Shown here: in pieces, positions 1-14,198 of the stretch
Numbering within the stretch: the first letter of the stretch is position 1
Layout: the number at the start of each line of letters is the position of its first letter
NCBI GenBank assembly: GCA_951406725.2
Contig: OX597818.1
Span: 90,768,001 to 90,832,000 of the forward strand
Origin: Octopus vulgaris
Lineage: Eukaryota
Direction: 5' to 3'
DNA length: 64,000 nt
The notes under the pieces: model-generated
Database searches by the model: none
Told to the model about the DNA's origin: nothing
Seen by the model: the letters and a program-made list of their open reading frames with translations, nothing else
Program-made: the position numbers and the translations under genes

Positions 1-97
1 AATTAATTAGTTAAGTAGTTGGGTAGAAAAATACGATTATAAAAGTCCTCAAATATTTCTGACACTGTGGCAAAATCCGAAATCATTAATATCTTTA

Positions 98-1265
98 AGG
101 TGAGCTTGCAGAAGCGTTAGCGTGCCAAACAAAATGTTCAGCGATATCACTTCCGGCATTATGTTCTGAGTTCCAATACCACCGAAGTCGACATTGTTTT
201 TATGCTTTCTGAGGTCGATAAAATAAGTATCAGATAAGTACTGATAAAATACGTATCAGTGATGTAATCGACTTATCCTTTTCCCTCAAAAACTACTGGC
301 GCAGTGTCACACTTCTTAGTAGCATTACGCCCGTTTTTACGTTCTGAGTTCAAATGCCGTTCAGGTCGAATTTACTTTTTATCCTGTAGAGGTCCATATA
401 TTAAGTAACATTTGATCACTGGAGTCGATCTACTCGTCTCTTTCTCACTATACAAAATAGCTGGCCTTGCGCCAAAATTTGAAGTCATTAATATTACTAT
501 AGGCGGCGAGATGGCAGAAACGTTAGCACGCCGGGCGAAATGCATAGTCGCATTTCGTCTGCCGTTACGTTCTGAGTTCAATTTCCGCCGAGGTCGACTT
601 TATCTTTATCTTAATCCGTTTGTCTGTCCTTGTTTGCCCTCTCTGTGTTTAGCCCCTTGTGGGTAGTAGAGAAGTAGGTATTTCGTCTGCCGCTACGCTC
701 TGAGTTCAAATTCCGCCGAGGTTGACTTTGCCTTTCATCCTTTCAGGCTCGATTAAATAAGTACCACTTACACACTGGGGTCGATATATACGACTTAATC
801 CGTTTGTCTGTCCTTGTTTGTTCCCTCTGTGTGTAACCTCTTGTGGTCAGTAAAGAAATAAGAATCGTTAGCACACCGGGCGAAATGCTTAGCGGTATGT
901 TATCTATCTTTACATCCTGAGTTCGAAATCCACCGATGTGGATTTTGCCTTTCATCCTTTCGGGGTTGATAAAATAAGCACCAGTCGAGTACTGGTTTCC
1001 ATGTAATTGATTTCCCCTGCTCCTTAAATTTTCTCGCCTTTTGCCAAAATTTGAAACCATTATGATACTATTACGAAATATTTACAAGAAGGTGGCAAGC
1101 TGGCAGAATCGGTAGCACGTCAGAACAAATGCATACCGTCATTTCGTCCTGGTTCAAATTCTGCTCAGGGTGACTATAGGTTTCCTCCTTTTGGGGTGAG
1201 GGTCGATAAAATGAGTTCTAGTTGAGTACTGGAGTCGATGAAATCAGCTTACCCACTCCTCACAA
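98..1265 (+). mobile_element. Cluster/tandem of SINE family A copies (tRNA-like head aggcggcgagctggcagaa, core gcctttcatcctttcggggtcgataaa)
   Basis: Repeated B-box-like ctgagttcaaattcc and a core resembling the Meta domain of metazoan SINEs; copies recur across the window; boundaries approximate. Confidence 0.8.
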
Positions 1266-1902
1266 AAGGTTACGCGAATATCTTTAGATATTTGAAAGAA
1301 TTCCACTTGTATTAAAAATGCCAAAAGAAGAGGACAAAAATATATATTATTTTCTTTTAATATAATACTTGTTCTATATAACTTTCAATTCTCATTTACA
1401 TATCAACATTTCGTGTTTTCTTCGGTGTTTTTTCTAATACTACATTCGATTTCTTTTTGCGATATTTCCTATTATTCTGTCCATAATATTTTCACGTTCA
1501 TTTTCGACTTCTCATTTTGTTTGTACTTTATTGTTACTGTTATGGATGTTATTTGCATCATTATGTACATACGCAATTTCTTTTTCACATAAACACACAC
1601 ACATAGAAAGGTTCTTACACATAAGCATAGACACATTCCAAACACACGCACATATACACATACACACCACATAGCTGTGTCTGTGTGTGTTTCTGCGTGT
1701 GTGTGTATTTGTATGTGTGATTATATCAATAATTGAAATATGTACCTCATAAATATGATGAAAATATTTTTTCGTGCAAAGTATTTTGGTAAAAAACTCT
1801 TTAAGTATACGATGAATTCATGTTTCCGGCAATAATAAAATGAAATATAATAATGACAGCTAAAATGAAAGGACTCAAGAATATAAAACCATGTCCTTTA
1901 TG

Positions 1903-1959
<57 letters not shown>

Positions 1960-1984
1960 TGTATATATATATTTGTGTGTGAAG

Positions 1985-2032
<48 letters not shown>

Positions 2033-2049
2033 TATAAACATATATATGC

Positions 2050-2100
<51 letters not shown>

Positions 2101-2910
2101 AACATATATATATATATACATACGTATGTGTGCATAAATGTGTATAAAAATATGAGTATCTATGTATGTTTGTATTTCCTGTTTGAATGTATGTGTGTGT
2201 GTGTCTAACTGTATCTGATTGTGTATGTGTGTTTTGTAGAAGACACCAGCAATAAGTTATTACTATAGACCGTGAAAATACATATTTACTGGATGCTGTT
2301 AATTTAATACATAACCAAACAATTATTTCTGTTTCTTCTGACTGTAGCCAATTACAAGTATTTTTTTCCTCCACGACTTATATATTAACACTTACTTCAA
2401 GAGAAATACTAGCTTGTTATCATAGATTCTATATTATATTCGTAGCAAAAATATTGGCAATTTCGCAAAATAGTTTCTTTTATTATTCATTTATTAATTC
2501 TGATAAAAAGTAAGGTTTGGTCTTACTATAATATCTTGGTTACGAACAGCTAAAAGCAATAAATATCAGTATGGGCATATATGCACTTATGAGTACGTGT
2601 GTGTATAGCCAGTGACATCCTTCTATATATACATATGCATATATATATAAATGCAAATACATACATATATACATATATATGTGTGTGTATGTATGCATGT
2701 ATGTATGCATATATATATATGAGTGTGTGTGTGTGTGTATACTTGTGTATGTATGCCTATATACATATGTATTTATATGTACGTGAATATATAATTTAAT
2801 ATAATATTGTTATACATATATATATACACACACACATATATATATATGTACCCGTATATATATATGTATGTATGTATTTATGATATATATATATATATAT
2901 ATATATATAT

Positions 2911-2949
<39 letters not shown>

Positions 2950-3902
2950 GTGGATATGATCCACTTAACCCTTCAAAGTGGTGGACTACGATGGCCGCAC
3001 TGCAATGAATGAAATGCGTTAATCAGTAAAAGAATAGAAAACGGTAAAAAAATCCCGTAGCTCTAATTATCTTATGACAAAGTTTATATAGCAAACTTCC
3101 TTTTTTAAAGGTAGTTGAATGCTAATTGGGGGGTATATGACTGTTATTTTCGCAGGTTGAGCGATCTTGTAGAAACTGCCTTGCTGGCTCAATAGAGCGA
3201 TTTCCAATAGTATCTAAGAATGAGAATGTAGCTAAATCTACACATCTTGGTGGATGGAAGCCCATTAAACCAATCCCGTTGAATGGACGAAATTTGGACT
3301 CGGTATGAAAAAGAAGCACCGTAAATAAATACATCGAAACCCCTTTTCCGACGTCTTGCATCTTCTGCCAACACGTGGATCTTAAAAATTGATAACAGCG
3401 AAAAACAAACACTTTCTACAGTTGCCACTCGCATACAGAAAACAGCAAAAAATTCTCAGTTAACACCAAGAAGAATAAGCAGGATGTATGAATGCAGAAA
3501 AAATCGTATTACATACAGACTCACACACTTACATACATATAACATCTGATGACGGCTACTTAGGCGACACATTCGAAGTCACTGTCAAACTTTTCTGGCC
3601 TTTTGCCAGAATTTGAAACTATTATGATAAGTTTACGAAATATTACACGGAGGTGGCAAGCTGGCAGAATCGGTAGCACCTAGAGTACCAAATTAAATAT
3701 GGTACTCTACTAAGCAATATTGAGTAATCCATCAATTCAAAATTCAACTAGTTAAGTATGTTTGCGTGTATATATAGGGTTGTAATGGACGCAGGTTCGT
3801 GTGTCATATAGACAGCTTGAGGCGATGGCCTCTTGGAGCTAATCAGCGACAGCTTTAGTTTTATATTTATAGACTACCATATTAGTATGGCGATAACTAT
3901 TA

Positions 3903-3997
<95 letters not shown>

Positions 3998-4220
3998 ATG
4001 TGTACATATATAGGTATATGTATATTAACTATAACATTATCAACAAGGTAGTGTGTCTCTGTTTAGTAGACAAGAATGAAAGAACAAGAAAAGAAAACGG
4101 TAGGTTTATTCCACAATCAGGCTTTACCGAAACGAGAATCTTAGCCCTTAATTCCATTTGAGTTTATAATGTTACATTATATGATATTTTAAGCTAGAAA
4201 TACTAAGTGCATTAGAATAA

Positions 4221-4680
4221 AGTGGAGGCACGTGTGTTAGGGGTTAGGGCGTTACTCTCATGATCGTAAGGTTGCTGTTTCGGTTCTTGGACCGGGCAAT
4301 GAGTTGTGTTCTTTAACAAAACACATAATTTCACATTGCACCAGTTCATTCAGCTGGTAAAAATAATGGGGAATTATATACACCAAAGAATCCCTATTCG
4401 GGAACGAGCCTTATCCTTAAAGCTGAAACGCGTGGCTTAGTGTTTTGGGTTTTTGCACACATTATCATAAGTTTGCAGTTTCGATTCCTGGACTGGGTGT
4501 TGTGCTCTTGAACAAAAGACTTCCACGTTGCTGCAAGTCGCTCGGTTAACAAAAATGAGTAATCCTGCGACGGACCGGCGTCTCGTCCATGGTTCTTGTA
4601 GAGATCGTAATCACTCATACACCATGGGAACTGGTAACTGGCCTCATATATATAAATGTATAACCCAGGAAGGACATTTA
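4221..4680 (+). mobile_element. Two degenerate SINE family D copies
   Basis: Head gtggaggcacgtg...ggttaggg...gtttcg(a)ttcctggac and body ttgtgttctt.a.caaaa, as at 32192 and 39833. Confidence 0.7.
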
Positions 4681-4780
4681 CCCTTTCTTTTATGATAGAT
4701 AATAAACCAAAATATCAACAAAATAACCACAATCAACAGAAACAATAAAAAACTTATCGATGTTTTTTTTTCTCTAACAG

Positions 4781-4876
4781 AAATGCCTGGCTCAATGGTG
4801 CCTGTCTTGGAGATCGATGGTCGTATGCAAATTCCTCAGAGTATGGCTATTGCAAGATATCTTGCCAGAGAATTTG
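4781..4876 (+). CDS. S-crystallin gene 1, exon 2 (GST N-domain; 96 nt, phase 1/1)
   Basis: Acceptor tttttctctaacag|AA ATG, donor TTT G|gtaag; encodes [31 protein letters not shown], the P..QS.AI.RYLA motif of sigma-GST/S-crystallin; same length as the homologous exon of gene 2. Confidence 0.95.
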
Positions 4877-5540
4877 GTAAGTCTAACGACGATCAATTCT
4901 TCGTTGCTTCTATTTATTCTGTCTTTGTTCCTTTTATCGTTTTATTCATTTTTTTACGTTTTGCTTTCTTTTGTTTTGTTTTAGATGGGAATCTTATAAA
5001 GAATGGACATTTCCAAATAATTGTCCATAGAATTTATGCTTGTTTATGTTTTGTCTCATCCTAGTTTTATTTTGGAGACTATCACTTAGAATATGAAGTT
5101 ATCTATTTTATGCTAGTTTCTTTTTCTTTAGAAAAAAAAATTACTGTATTGATGTGAACTCACCAGAATCAATTTGGCCCATCTTCTTCAGACTAAATCA
5201 GTGGAAAATTCAAAATAATAAAACAATGCCTGAATTCTAGGCCAGAGCTTCTGGGAGGTTTGCATTCAATTATGATAATATTTCTATACATGTATAGCGA
5301 AAAACACAGATAATTGCATCAATAAATTGAATGATATCATGTATTTGTCTTATATAATATATATATATATATGTATATATATATACATATATATGCAAGT
5401 ATATATATATACATAAACCTACTTGTACGAATGTGCATGTATATATATATATATAATATATATGTCTGTGTACGCATATATGTGTGTATACATATATATA
5501 TATACATATATATATATGTGTATGTATATATATGTGTATG

Positions 5541-5663
<123 letters not shown>

Positions 5664-5931
5664 ATATATATACATGTTAGTTTTAATCACACACACGGAT
5701 AAATTGTACTATATGACGTATTTAGATATATATATGATGAATTTTGTTGTATAAATGTATTTTGTCATATATATCTATTTTTGTATTTTGTTATACACAC
5801 ACACAAACATACACATATATATTTATACATAATATACATATGTATATTCTTGTGCGCGCGTGTATACATATGCATGTATATGATATGTATATATACAAAT
5901 ATATGCATATTATATATATATGCATATAAAT

Positions 5932-5986
<55 letters not shown>

Positions 5987-6603
5987 TATGTATACGTGGG
6001 GTTCCTATGAAAGGTTTTGAACCTTCAAGGCCTTTGAGCCTGGATGTCTCGAGCCTTCATCAGAAATCTTGTACCATGTTTTATTTTTTTGAGGCTCAAG
6101 ATTTTACATGCATCCCTCATATATACATACATACACACACATATGTATATATATATATCTGTGTGTGTGTATAAATATATGTATATATATATATATATAT
6201 ACATATATATTTATACATATATATACATTTCTTTACACACATACATATATATATAATCCAAATAAAAAGAAGACATCAAAATTCTTTAGCATATATAATA
6301 ATTCGTTATAATTGTTCCTGTACCAACTCTTTTTACAACGTCAGTTTGTGCTAAATTTCAAAGTGTAAATTTATGTAATATTTAAAGTTTTAGACATTAG
6401 GGATGTACTTCATCAGACTTGCATGAAAGGAGCAACTTTACATAGTGTGTCTTCGACATATATTTTTTTTTAATTATATCGGGAGGTTTCTCGACTCAAG
6501 GCTTGTCGAAAGAGGTGGCTTCCAACCGAGTAACAAGTATTGCATTTTCTTGGAATTAGACAACCTCAAAGTAGTCTTGTATGTATGCATCGGTATATAT
6601 ATA

Positions 6604-6840
6604 TGGCCGCGAGCTGGCAGAAACGTTAGTGCGCCGGGCGAAGTGCCTAGCCGTATTTTGTCTCCCGTTACTTTCTGAGTTCAAATTCCGCCGAGGTCGA
6701 CTCTGCCTTTCATCCTTTCGGGGTCGATAAATTAAGTACCAGTTACGCACTGGGGTCAATGTAATCGACTTAATCCCTTTGTCAGTCCTTGTTTGACCAC
6801 TCTATGTTTAGCCCCTTGTGGGTAGTAAAGAAATAGGTAT
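6604..6840 (+). mobile_element. SINE family A
   Basis: Near-identical to the 501-680 and 28295-28530 units. Confidence 0.85.
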
Positions 6841-7752
6841 ATGTATATGCACCCGTATGTAAGCCCGCGAATTTCGTGCTTGTGTCACTGTTTTCTAAAT
6901 TAAGGAAGTGTTCATGTTCGTGATAATTGTCTATTTGTATGTATACGCTTTTACATAGGTTTACATAGAGAGCCTTCGTTTGCTAATTATCTAAAGGTAA
7001 GTGGTGAAATATCTAATAATAGTAATGAAAGCACCCGAGATTGACAAGGGGCTAATTAGTAGAAATAGGTGATTATTAAGCGTAAATGGCGTAGAGTATA
7101 GCAAATCTGATGTCCAGCCTTCCGTGTGTGCTCACCCTTGTATAAATATTTTACTGTGATGCAGATACAACTGAAAAGTTGAGATTTCTTAAGTTTCTAT
7201 GTTGAATGAAACTTGTATTGATAATATAACAAGCTATCGTAACGTTATAAATCATTGATAATATTACAATTCAAAACAGATATACAAGAGGGGAAGCGGA
7301 ATCAATTATTACATGAATGAAATTTTTCTTCTCAAAACCTCTACAATTGTCAACGTTTAATCTATTTCTTTGTGGATACATACATACATAAATATATATA
7401 TGTGTGTTTGTGTGTGTGTGTGTGTGTGAGCGTATATGTGTGTGAGTTTGTATGTGTATACACGTACACAGATAAACACACACACACATATATATATATA
7501 TATACACTCTGGAGTATCCACATTTTGTAACCACTTCTTCAGATATATCAACGCTGACCCATTCCTGAAGGCTATCGAAGTCATTTGTCCAGTCGATGTA
7601 ATACGAAGTATTACTTATTAGTTTAATTTGTAGAGGCACTATGCATTAAAGATATATTTATCTATCTGCCTGTCTATCTAAATATATATATTTATCTATG
7701 TATCTATCTATCTATCTGTCTATCTTTCTATCTAGTTATCTCTCTCTCTCTC

Positions 7753-7821
<69 letters not shown>

Positions 7822-7849
7822 GTATGTATATATAACTGTAAATGTAATA

Positions 7850-8101
7850 TGGGACAATTATTCGGTAGCCATGATAAAACTCCGAGTTTCGGATGTCGAG
7901 GTGGAAATCCACGCCGCCAAATCTTCAGTTATCCGGCCATCGGCTTTTTTTCCCCTTTTTTCATTTTTTTTTGCCGGATAACTAAAGAGATGGCGGACTT
8001 TTACCATGGCTACCGAAAAATTGTCACATATTACTTTTACAGATAAATTCCTCTATTTACACAATATCGAGGTCTTTTTCATTCTTTTGTTGTCTTACCA
8101 T
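7850..8101. mobile_element. Non-autonomous Penelope-pLTR-like element with inverted copy, hammerhead motif on - strand (7863-7942)
   Basis: 7850-7943 is the reverse complement of 22120-22212; 7973-8101 is a direct, internally deleted copy of 22126-22286. Confidence 0.65.
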
Positions 8102-8111
8102 CTATATATAT

Positions 8112-8474
8112 ATGGAGGCGCAATGGCCCAGCGGACTCGCGGTCATAGGATCGCGGTTTCGATTCCCAGACCGGGCGTTGTGAGTGTTTATTGAGCGGAA
8201 ACACCTAAAGCTCCACGATGCTCCGGCAGGGGATGGTGGTGATCCCTGCTGTACTCTTTTACCATAACTTTCTCTACTCTTACTTCCTGTTTCTGTTGTA
8301 CCTGTATTTAGGGCCGGCCTTGTCACTCTCTGTGTCACGCTGAATATCCCCGAGAACTACGTTAAGGGTACGTGTCTGTGAGTGCTCAGCCACTTACACG
8401 TTAATTTCACGAGCAGGCTGTTCCGTTGATTCGGATCAACCGGAACCCTCGTCGTCGTAACCGACGGAGTGCTT

Positions 8475-8477
<3 letters not shown>
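8112..8477 (+). mobile_element. SINE family C head with tail type 1
   Basis: tggaggcgcaatggcccag...ggtttcgattcccagaccggg head; tail ...ccctcgtcgtcgtaaccgacggagtgc shared with 46698-46883. Confidence 0.8.
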
Positions 8478-8524
<47 letters not shown>

Positions 8525-8589
8525 ATGTATATATATATGTATGTATGTAAGTATATGTATATGTAATTATCAATGTTTGTCTTCTACAG

Positions 8590-8705
8590 GTTATCACGGT
8601 AAAAACAACATCGATATGGCACGCATCGATTACATTTCTGATAGTTTCTTTGATATCATGGATGACTACATGAGGATGTACCATGACAGAGACGGCAGAA
8701 TGATG
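8590..8705 (+). CDS. S-crystallin gene 1, exon 3 (116 nt, phase 1/0)
   Basis: Acceptor tcttctacag|, donor ATG ATG|gtaggt; [39 protein letters not shown]; frame joins exon 2. Confidence 0.95.
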
Positions 8706-8776
8706 GTAGGTTAAACGCTATTGTTTCCTTCTTAATGTAAACATGGTGAAACATGCAGCCACACACAAGCTGTATG

Positions 8777-8899
<123 letters not shown>

Positions 8900-8900
8900 A

Positions 8901-8931
<31 letters not shown>

Positions 8932-8938
8932 TGCACTG

Positions 8939-8978
<40 letters not shown>

Positions 8979-9009
8979 AGTCAGTAAATGGTGAGGTTTT
9001 GTTAGGATG

Positions 9010-9380
9010 CAGGAGTGGTTCTGTGGTAAGTAGCTTGCTTACAAACCACATGGTTTCGGGTTCAGTCCCACTGCGTTGCACCTTGGACAAGTGCCTTCTA
9101 CTATAGCCTCGGGCCGACCAAAGCCTTGTGAGTGGATATGGTAGACGGAAACTGAAAGAAGCCCGTCGTATATATCATATATGTGTGTGCGCGTGTGTGT
9201 GTGTGTGTTTGTGTGTCTGTGTTTGTGTGTCTGTGTTTTACCCCCTCCCAACATCGCTTGGGAACTATAGAATAAGTACCAAGCTTACAGAGAATAAGTC
9301 CTGAGGTCGATTTACCCGACTAAAGGCGCTGCTCCAGCATGGCCGCAGTCGAATAACTGAAACAAGTAAAAGAGTAAAGA
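9010..9380 (+). mobile_element. SINE family B (internal TG microsatellite, gtaaaagagtaaa tail)
   Basis: aggagtgg.tgtggtaagtagcttgc...gggttcagtccca head; same family at 16196, 32508, 38150, 56660 and on - strand at 23890. Confidence 0.85.
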
Positions 9381-9395
9381 GTACATACACACACT

Positions 9396-9432
<37 letters not shown>

Positions 9433-11316
9433 CATAAACTCAGAGAATCTTGCAGCTACCACAGTATGGGGCTTCTCAGAATCTATATATTACACTACTC
9501 ATATAAAACCTGATGCCATAGATTGTCGCTTGAGGATCCTTTATGGTTGGACACCTATATGCATTTGGAGCATGCATCGAAGGGCTCCAAACAACCATAA
9601 TGTTGAAACGCTCGTAAGATCTTTAATACAAACCTGTGATTATACTCATGTTTTACACACTCACAGACACATACACATGTGTACACGTACATACAGATAT
9701 ATTCATATATCTGTATCTACCTTTATGAAATATGAGGCATGAACTTTGATAGTTGCAAAAACTTCGGCACAAATGCCTAACGGTATTCGTCCCCAGTTCT
9801 GTGCAAAGTGTATTTGAAATTTTCTTTAATCTGGTAAAGCTCTTGACCCAACGGCAGATGCAGGATGTGGCAATTGAAGTGGGAGAGATAGCTGCAGTAC
9901 ACCAGTACTCGCAGTGGATTGTTGTCTTTGTTTCTCTCACTCCATCTCTCTCTCTCCCTTCCTTCCGCCCTCTCTGTCTTTATCTCTCCCACGACGACGT
10001 TCCTTCTGTTTAGGTCTGGATTTTGATTGCCCTCCGAGGTTTAGAATAATAAATACACATCTTATGTAACAATCGCGCACGTAGGACTTCATTTGATGTG
10101 TGAAGAAGCAATTTGGATTCGTATTGATGGCCACCTCAGAATAAGGCGTGAATCAACATACAGTCTTAGCTTTTCCCTGTGTACAGCATCATGGGCAAAT
10201 ATCTTCTATTATAGCCACGGGCCGACCAACGCCGTATGATCGAGTTTGGTTGACGCAAACTGTGCATAAGCTTATCGTATATGTGTGAGTGAAACTGATG
10301 ATGGCACTGCATTTCAATTGATGTAATGATTGCATTGTTCAATTAAGTGGAGCCTCTTGAAACGGTCGTTCTGCATCACAACTTTATAGCGTGTTGCTTA
10401 TTTTGATTTTATTCACATTCGAGCTGTGCTGATAATACCGGACTGACTTCGTGCTTCAACTTAAGTACCTAATTCAACTGAATCTCAATTTTATGTGTGT
10501 GTATATGTGTGTATGTGTCCGAGCACTGAATTTTAAAGGTCAGCTAAGGAAACCTGCATGTGTAGCAAACCGTGTAGAACAAAACAGCAGTACAAGAAAA
10601 TAAAATGTCAATCCCTTTATAACAGCAACCCCTTTAACAATACCAAGAATCACCATCCCAATACATCTACTGATTAAAAGCAGTCTGCCAATGGCCCTTC
10701 AACAACAATACACCCTGATAAGCTCAGTGACTTACTACTGAATTTAGGCCACAACAGGATTTTAAACTTACGGAGACAATAGTTGCGTATCGCCTTAGAA
10801 AACACAACTAGATCTCATAATGCAAGGAAAGAGTTACATAATCAAGTACCTGCATTCCTGGAGAACAACGTCGCGTGGAAACAACTGTAGTGATTAAAAA
10901 ATAAATGTCCAGCCGTACCCTTTCTTGTTGAATCCATTTTTTTCTATTATATGTTCACATACGACAGATGCCCAAGTGCAAACCTGGAAGTACATATGAT
11001 ATTACTACTAGATAGCACAGGGTAAATCAGAAGGTGGACGAGTTTTATACCGTATACTTCTACGTTCTTAACAGAATATATAATAACTATATATATATTC
11101 ATACACGCAAGTACACACACACATACACACTCACACACACACACGCACACACATCTATCAAGAAATTAAAGCCACTTATAATATAACGGTTTAGTGCATT
11201 GTATATCTAATTTATACTTCGGACCTCATTTTTTTAATGTGGTAAGAATGCTGTCATATTGTACATTTGTTACGACGTTACAATCGATACATGCATGTTT
11301 TTAATTTCCTTTGCAG

Positions 11317-11370
11317 TGGGACAGAATGTCTGACATGCGTCAACGTTACACTGATCTTGATGGTAGAATG
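11317..11370 (+). CDS. S-crystallin gene 1, loop exon A (54 nt, phase 0/0)
   Basis: Acceptor tttcctttgcag|, donor ATG|gtaaga; WDRMSDMRQRYTDLDGRM; shares SDMRxxYT with the 45-nt exon of gene 2. Confidence 0.85.
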
Positions 11371-11472
11371 GTAAGAACTTTTAGATATTTTGTTTCACAC
11401 TCTAATAAGATATTGAGTACTTATATGCACATATCTATCTGTTTATTTCTCTATTTGTCTCTCTGTCTGCCA

Positions 11473-11550
<78 letters not shown>

Positions 11551-12116
11551 TTGTCTGTCTGTCTGTCTGTCTATCTGTCTATCTATCTATCTATCTATCT
11601 ATTTATCTATCTATCTATCTGATTCCTATTTAATACATTCGGTTAATTAATTTCACCTTCACATAATTTCTGTCGCATACGTCAAAGGTAAGGTACAAAC
11701 AACATACAGTAACACTTAAATACGCATGCAAACACACATTGCATATGATAATTATACATCAGATGAAATATATAAAGACATTTAACAACACTATTGAGTC
11801 TGCATAACCAGCTTCGTATTTGCTCTGTATGCAAGGCTTGTTCGCTACTCTGTTGACATATATTCACTTCAACTGGCAGCAGAGTGGGAACATGTCCAAT
11901 TTTGTGAGCTGGGAAAGGATTTTGCTGGAGAGGAAAAACGTAAACAAGAGATATATTTGATAATTTACTTCAAATAATCTGATAAATGCAAGGTTAAAGA
12001 CTTTGACTAATGTACTACCAATATTATTGGTATTTCTCGATGGTGTCATACAGACTTATATATTTATGGCAGATCTATCTAGGACAACCTTCCTCTCGTG
12101 CGATCATAGTACAGTG

Positions 12117-12287
12117 CAGGGTCATCTTAGCAGTATTATAGGCCCCCAGGCAATTCATTGCACTAGGCCTTAGAGTATTTATTAAAGGACAGCAAGCCGT
12201 CACACGTACGTACATTAGAACTGGGTCTCTAGACCCGAGAGACCCCCGGGAAACTGCCCAGTGTGCTCATACCTTAAGATGGAACTG
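12117..12287. mobile_element. Possible degenerate hAT-type MITE
   Basis: Imperfect terminal inverted ends cagggtcatctta / taagatggaactg. Confidence 0.35.
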
Positions 12288-12690
12288 GTACAAGAAAGTG
12301 GGTTACAAATCTGGCTCTGAAACATTTGCATCAATATAGATCATACGACAGGGTTTGCCAACGAATCCTAATAGCTTCATGGTTATACCTTTAGTCTTAG
12401 CTTCGTTTTCAGGGATTGGATCGTTTAAATTTAAGTAGAGCTCAGTTCGGTTTTACTTCGATCATTGGTCCTGCTAAATGGCTACACACGGAAGATGTTT
12501 TACATTACACTATACATCAGATAGGTTTGTCCCATTTAAACACTATTATAGATGTTGACCCTTGAAACTGCACTGCAACAGTATGATGTGTAAGGAGCAC
12601 TCAGTTCCAATTTTATTATCGTTTGTGCTCTCTGTCTGACAACAACATCTATCTATCTGAGGAACAGGTCTATCTATCTATCTATAGACA

Positions 12691-12728
<38 letters not shown>

Positions 12729-13098
12729 GTCTATCTATCTATCTATCTATCTAGGATTTATCCTGCTTTCGCTAATTGTCTTAGTTGACTATGTAATCAA
12801 TAATAGACATAGTCACTCATTCGACTCTCTTGACTCTACCGACTCTCCCGACACTCTCGACTCTCTCGATCATCCCACTCTTGACCCAACGTCAGATGCA
12901 GGATATGGCAATTGAAGTGGGAGAGACAGCTGCGGTAATACCCGGTTTCTACACACTTTCAGCTGAGTAGACTAAAGCAACTTGAAAAGAAATTCAATGC
13001 TCAGAGACACTTCGCATTGCTCTGTCTAGTAATCAAACTTTCTGCATTATAATTGTGAGCTAAACACAATGACCACTAAGCCACACACACATTGAAGT

Positions 13099-13405
13099 AT
13101 GTGGAGACACATGGCCTAGTGGTTAGAGCAGCGGACTCGCGGTCGAGGGATCGCGGGTTCGAATCTCAGACCGGGTGATGTGTGTGTTTATGAGCGAAAC
13201 ACCTAAGCTCCACGCGGCTCAGGCAGAAGGTAATGGCGAACTCCTGCTGATTCTTTCGCCACAACTTTCTCTCACTCTTTCCTCCTGCATCTTGCAGCTC
13301 ACCTGCGACAGACCGGCGTCCCGTCCAGGTGAGGAATCTATACGCCGAGGAAACCGGAAAACCGGCCCTTATGAGCCCGGCGTGGCTCGAGATAGAACAA
13401 ACCGA
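13099..13405 (+). mobile_element. SINE (family C-like head) with 14-bp target-site duplication
   Basis: A/B-box-like tggcctagtgg / ggttcgaatct; TSD acacacattgaagt at 13085-13098 and 13406-13419. Confidence 0.9.
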
Positions 13406-14198
13406 ACACACATTGAAGTGATAGCAGAAGCATGCAATAAAGAGAACGCATCAGCTATTACAGCTCAGTACCAAAGGTTCACAGTCGGCCAGCATCTGTT
13501 TCTGCACTAAACATGCTGTTCAGATGCTTGATATCTAATCATACAAAATTACGAGCAGGTAGTCAGTCACATACAGAATAATGCAATAGATGTCGCAGGT
13601 GCTTAATATGTTATCGCCTAACAGTTATGTCATGAGCTATCCTGTCTCTGATAAGATTACATATTTTGGCCTTGGACGAAACGAACTCCACTCTTCAGAT
13701 GGTTTAGCTGTCAATCAACTTCTGCTTGGAGTGCTCGGAATGCCATAGCTGATGATATCCAGGTACAAGATAAAGCTGAGAAACCTACAAAGAACCCTGA
13801 ACGGTTATCAGGTGTAGTCATAGTTTGTCATGCAAATGATCACATAGTTCATTAATGCTTTGACGAATGTGCAATCGAGGGACAAGCGTAAATGAAAATT
13901 GAGTGTGTGGAATGCTGTGAAGGTATCACAGCTGTCTATTAGTCGTGAAATGCAGTCATTGAAACTTCAGTAATTGCATCATTCTCCAGAGAGTTAGTAA
14001 CAGTGACTAGTGAATATATTAAAGGGTTCATCATCATCATCATCATCATCATCGTCGTCGTCGTCGTCGTCATAATCATCATCGTTATTATTACTATTAT
14101 CATTATTAATATTATTTTTATTATTATTATCATTATTGTTGTTGGTGTTGTTGTTGTTGTTGCTGTTGTTATTATTATTATTATCTGTTCTTTTCTAG

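Noticed and set aside
3122-3434. Non-repetitive minus-strand ORFs (also 54106-54363, 56377-56601)
   Set aside because: No recognisable motif or splice support; likely decayed transposon or intergenic sequence
3545-3590. CTGATGA boxes here and near 5185 (-), 6410 (-), 10295, 13750
   Set aside because: No properly spaced GAAA plus stem III/stem I, so not called hammerheads
1-4780. First coding exon of gene 1 (expected Y.L.YF..RGR motif)
   Set aside because: Not found by eye; presumed upstream of the window
13099-13175. tRNA-like sequences (also at 8112, 32192, 36512, 39378, 46567)
   Set aside because: SINE heads: they continue into shared bodies and tails, have TSDs and lack a clean cloverleaf
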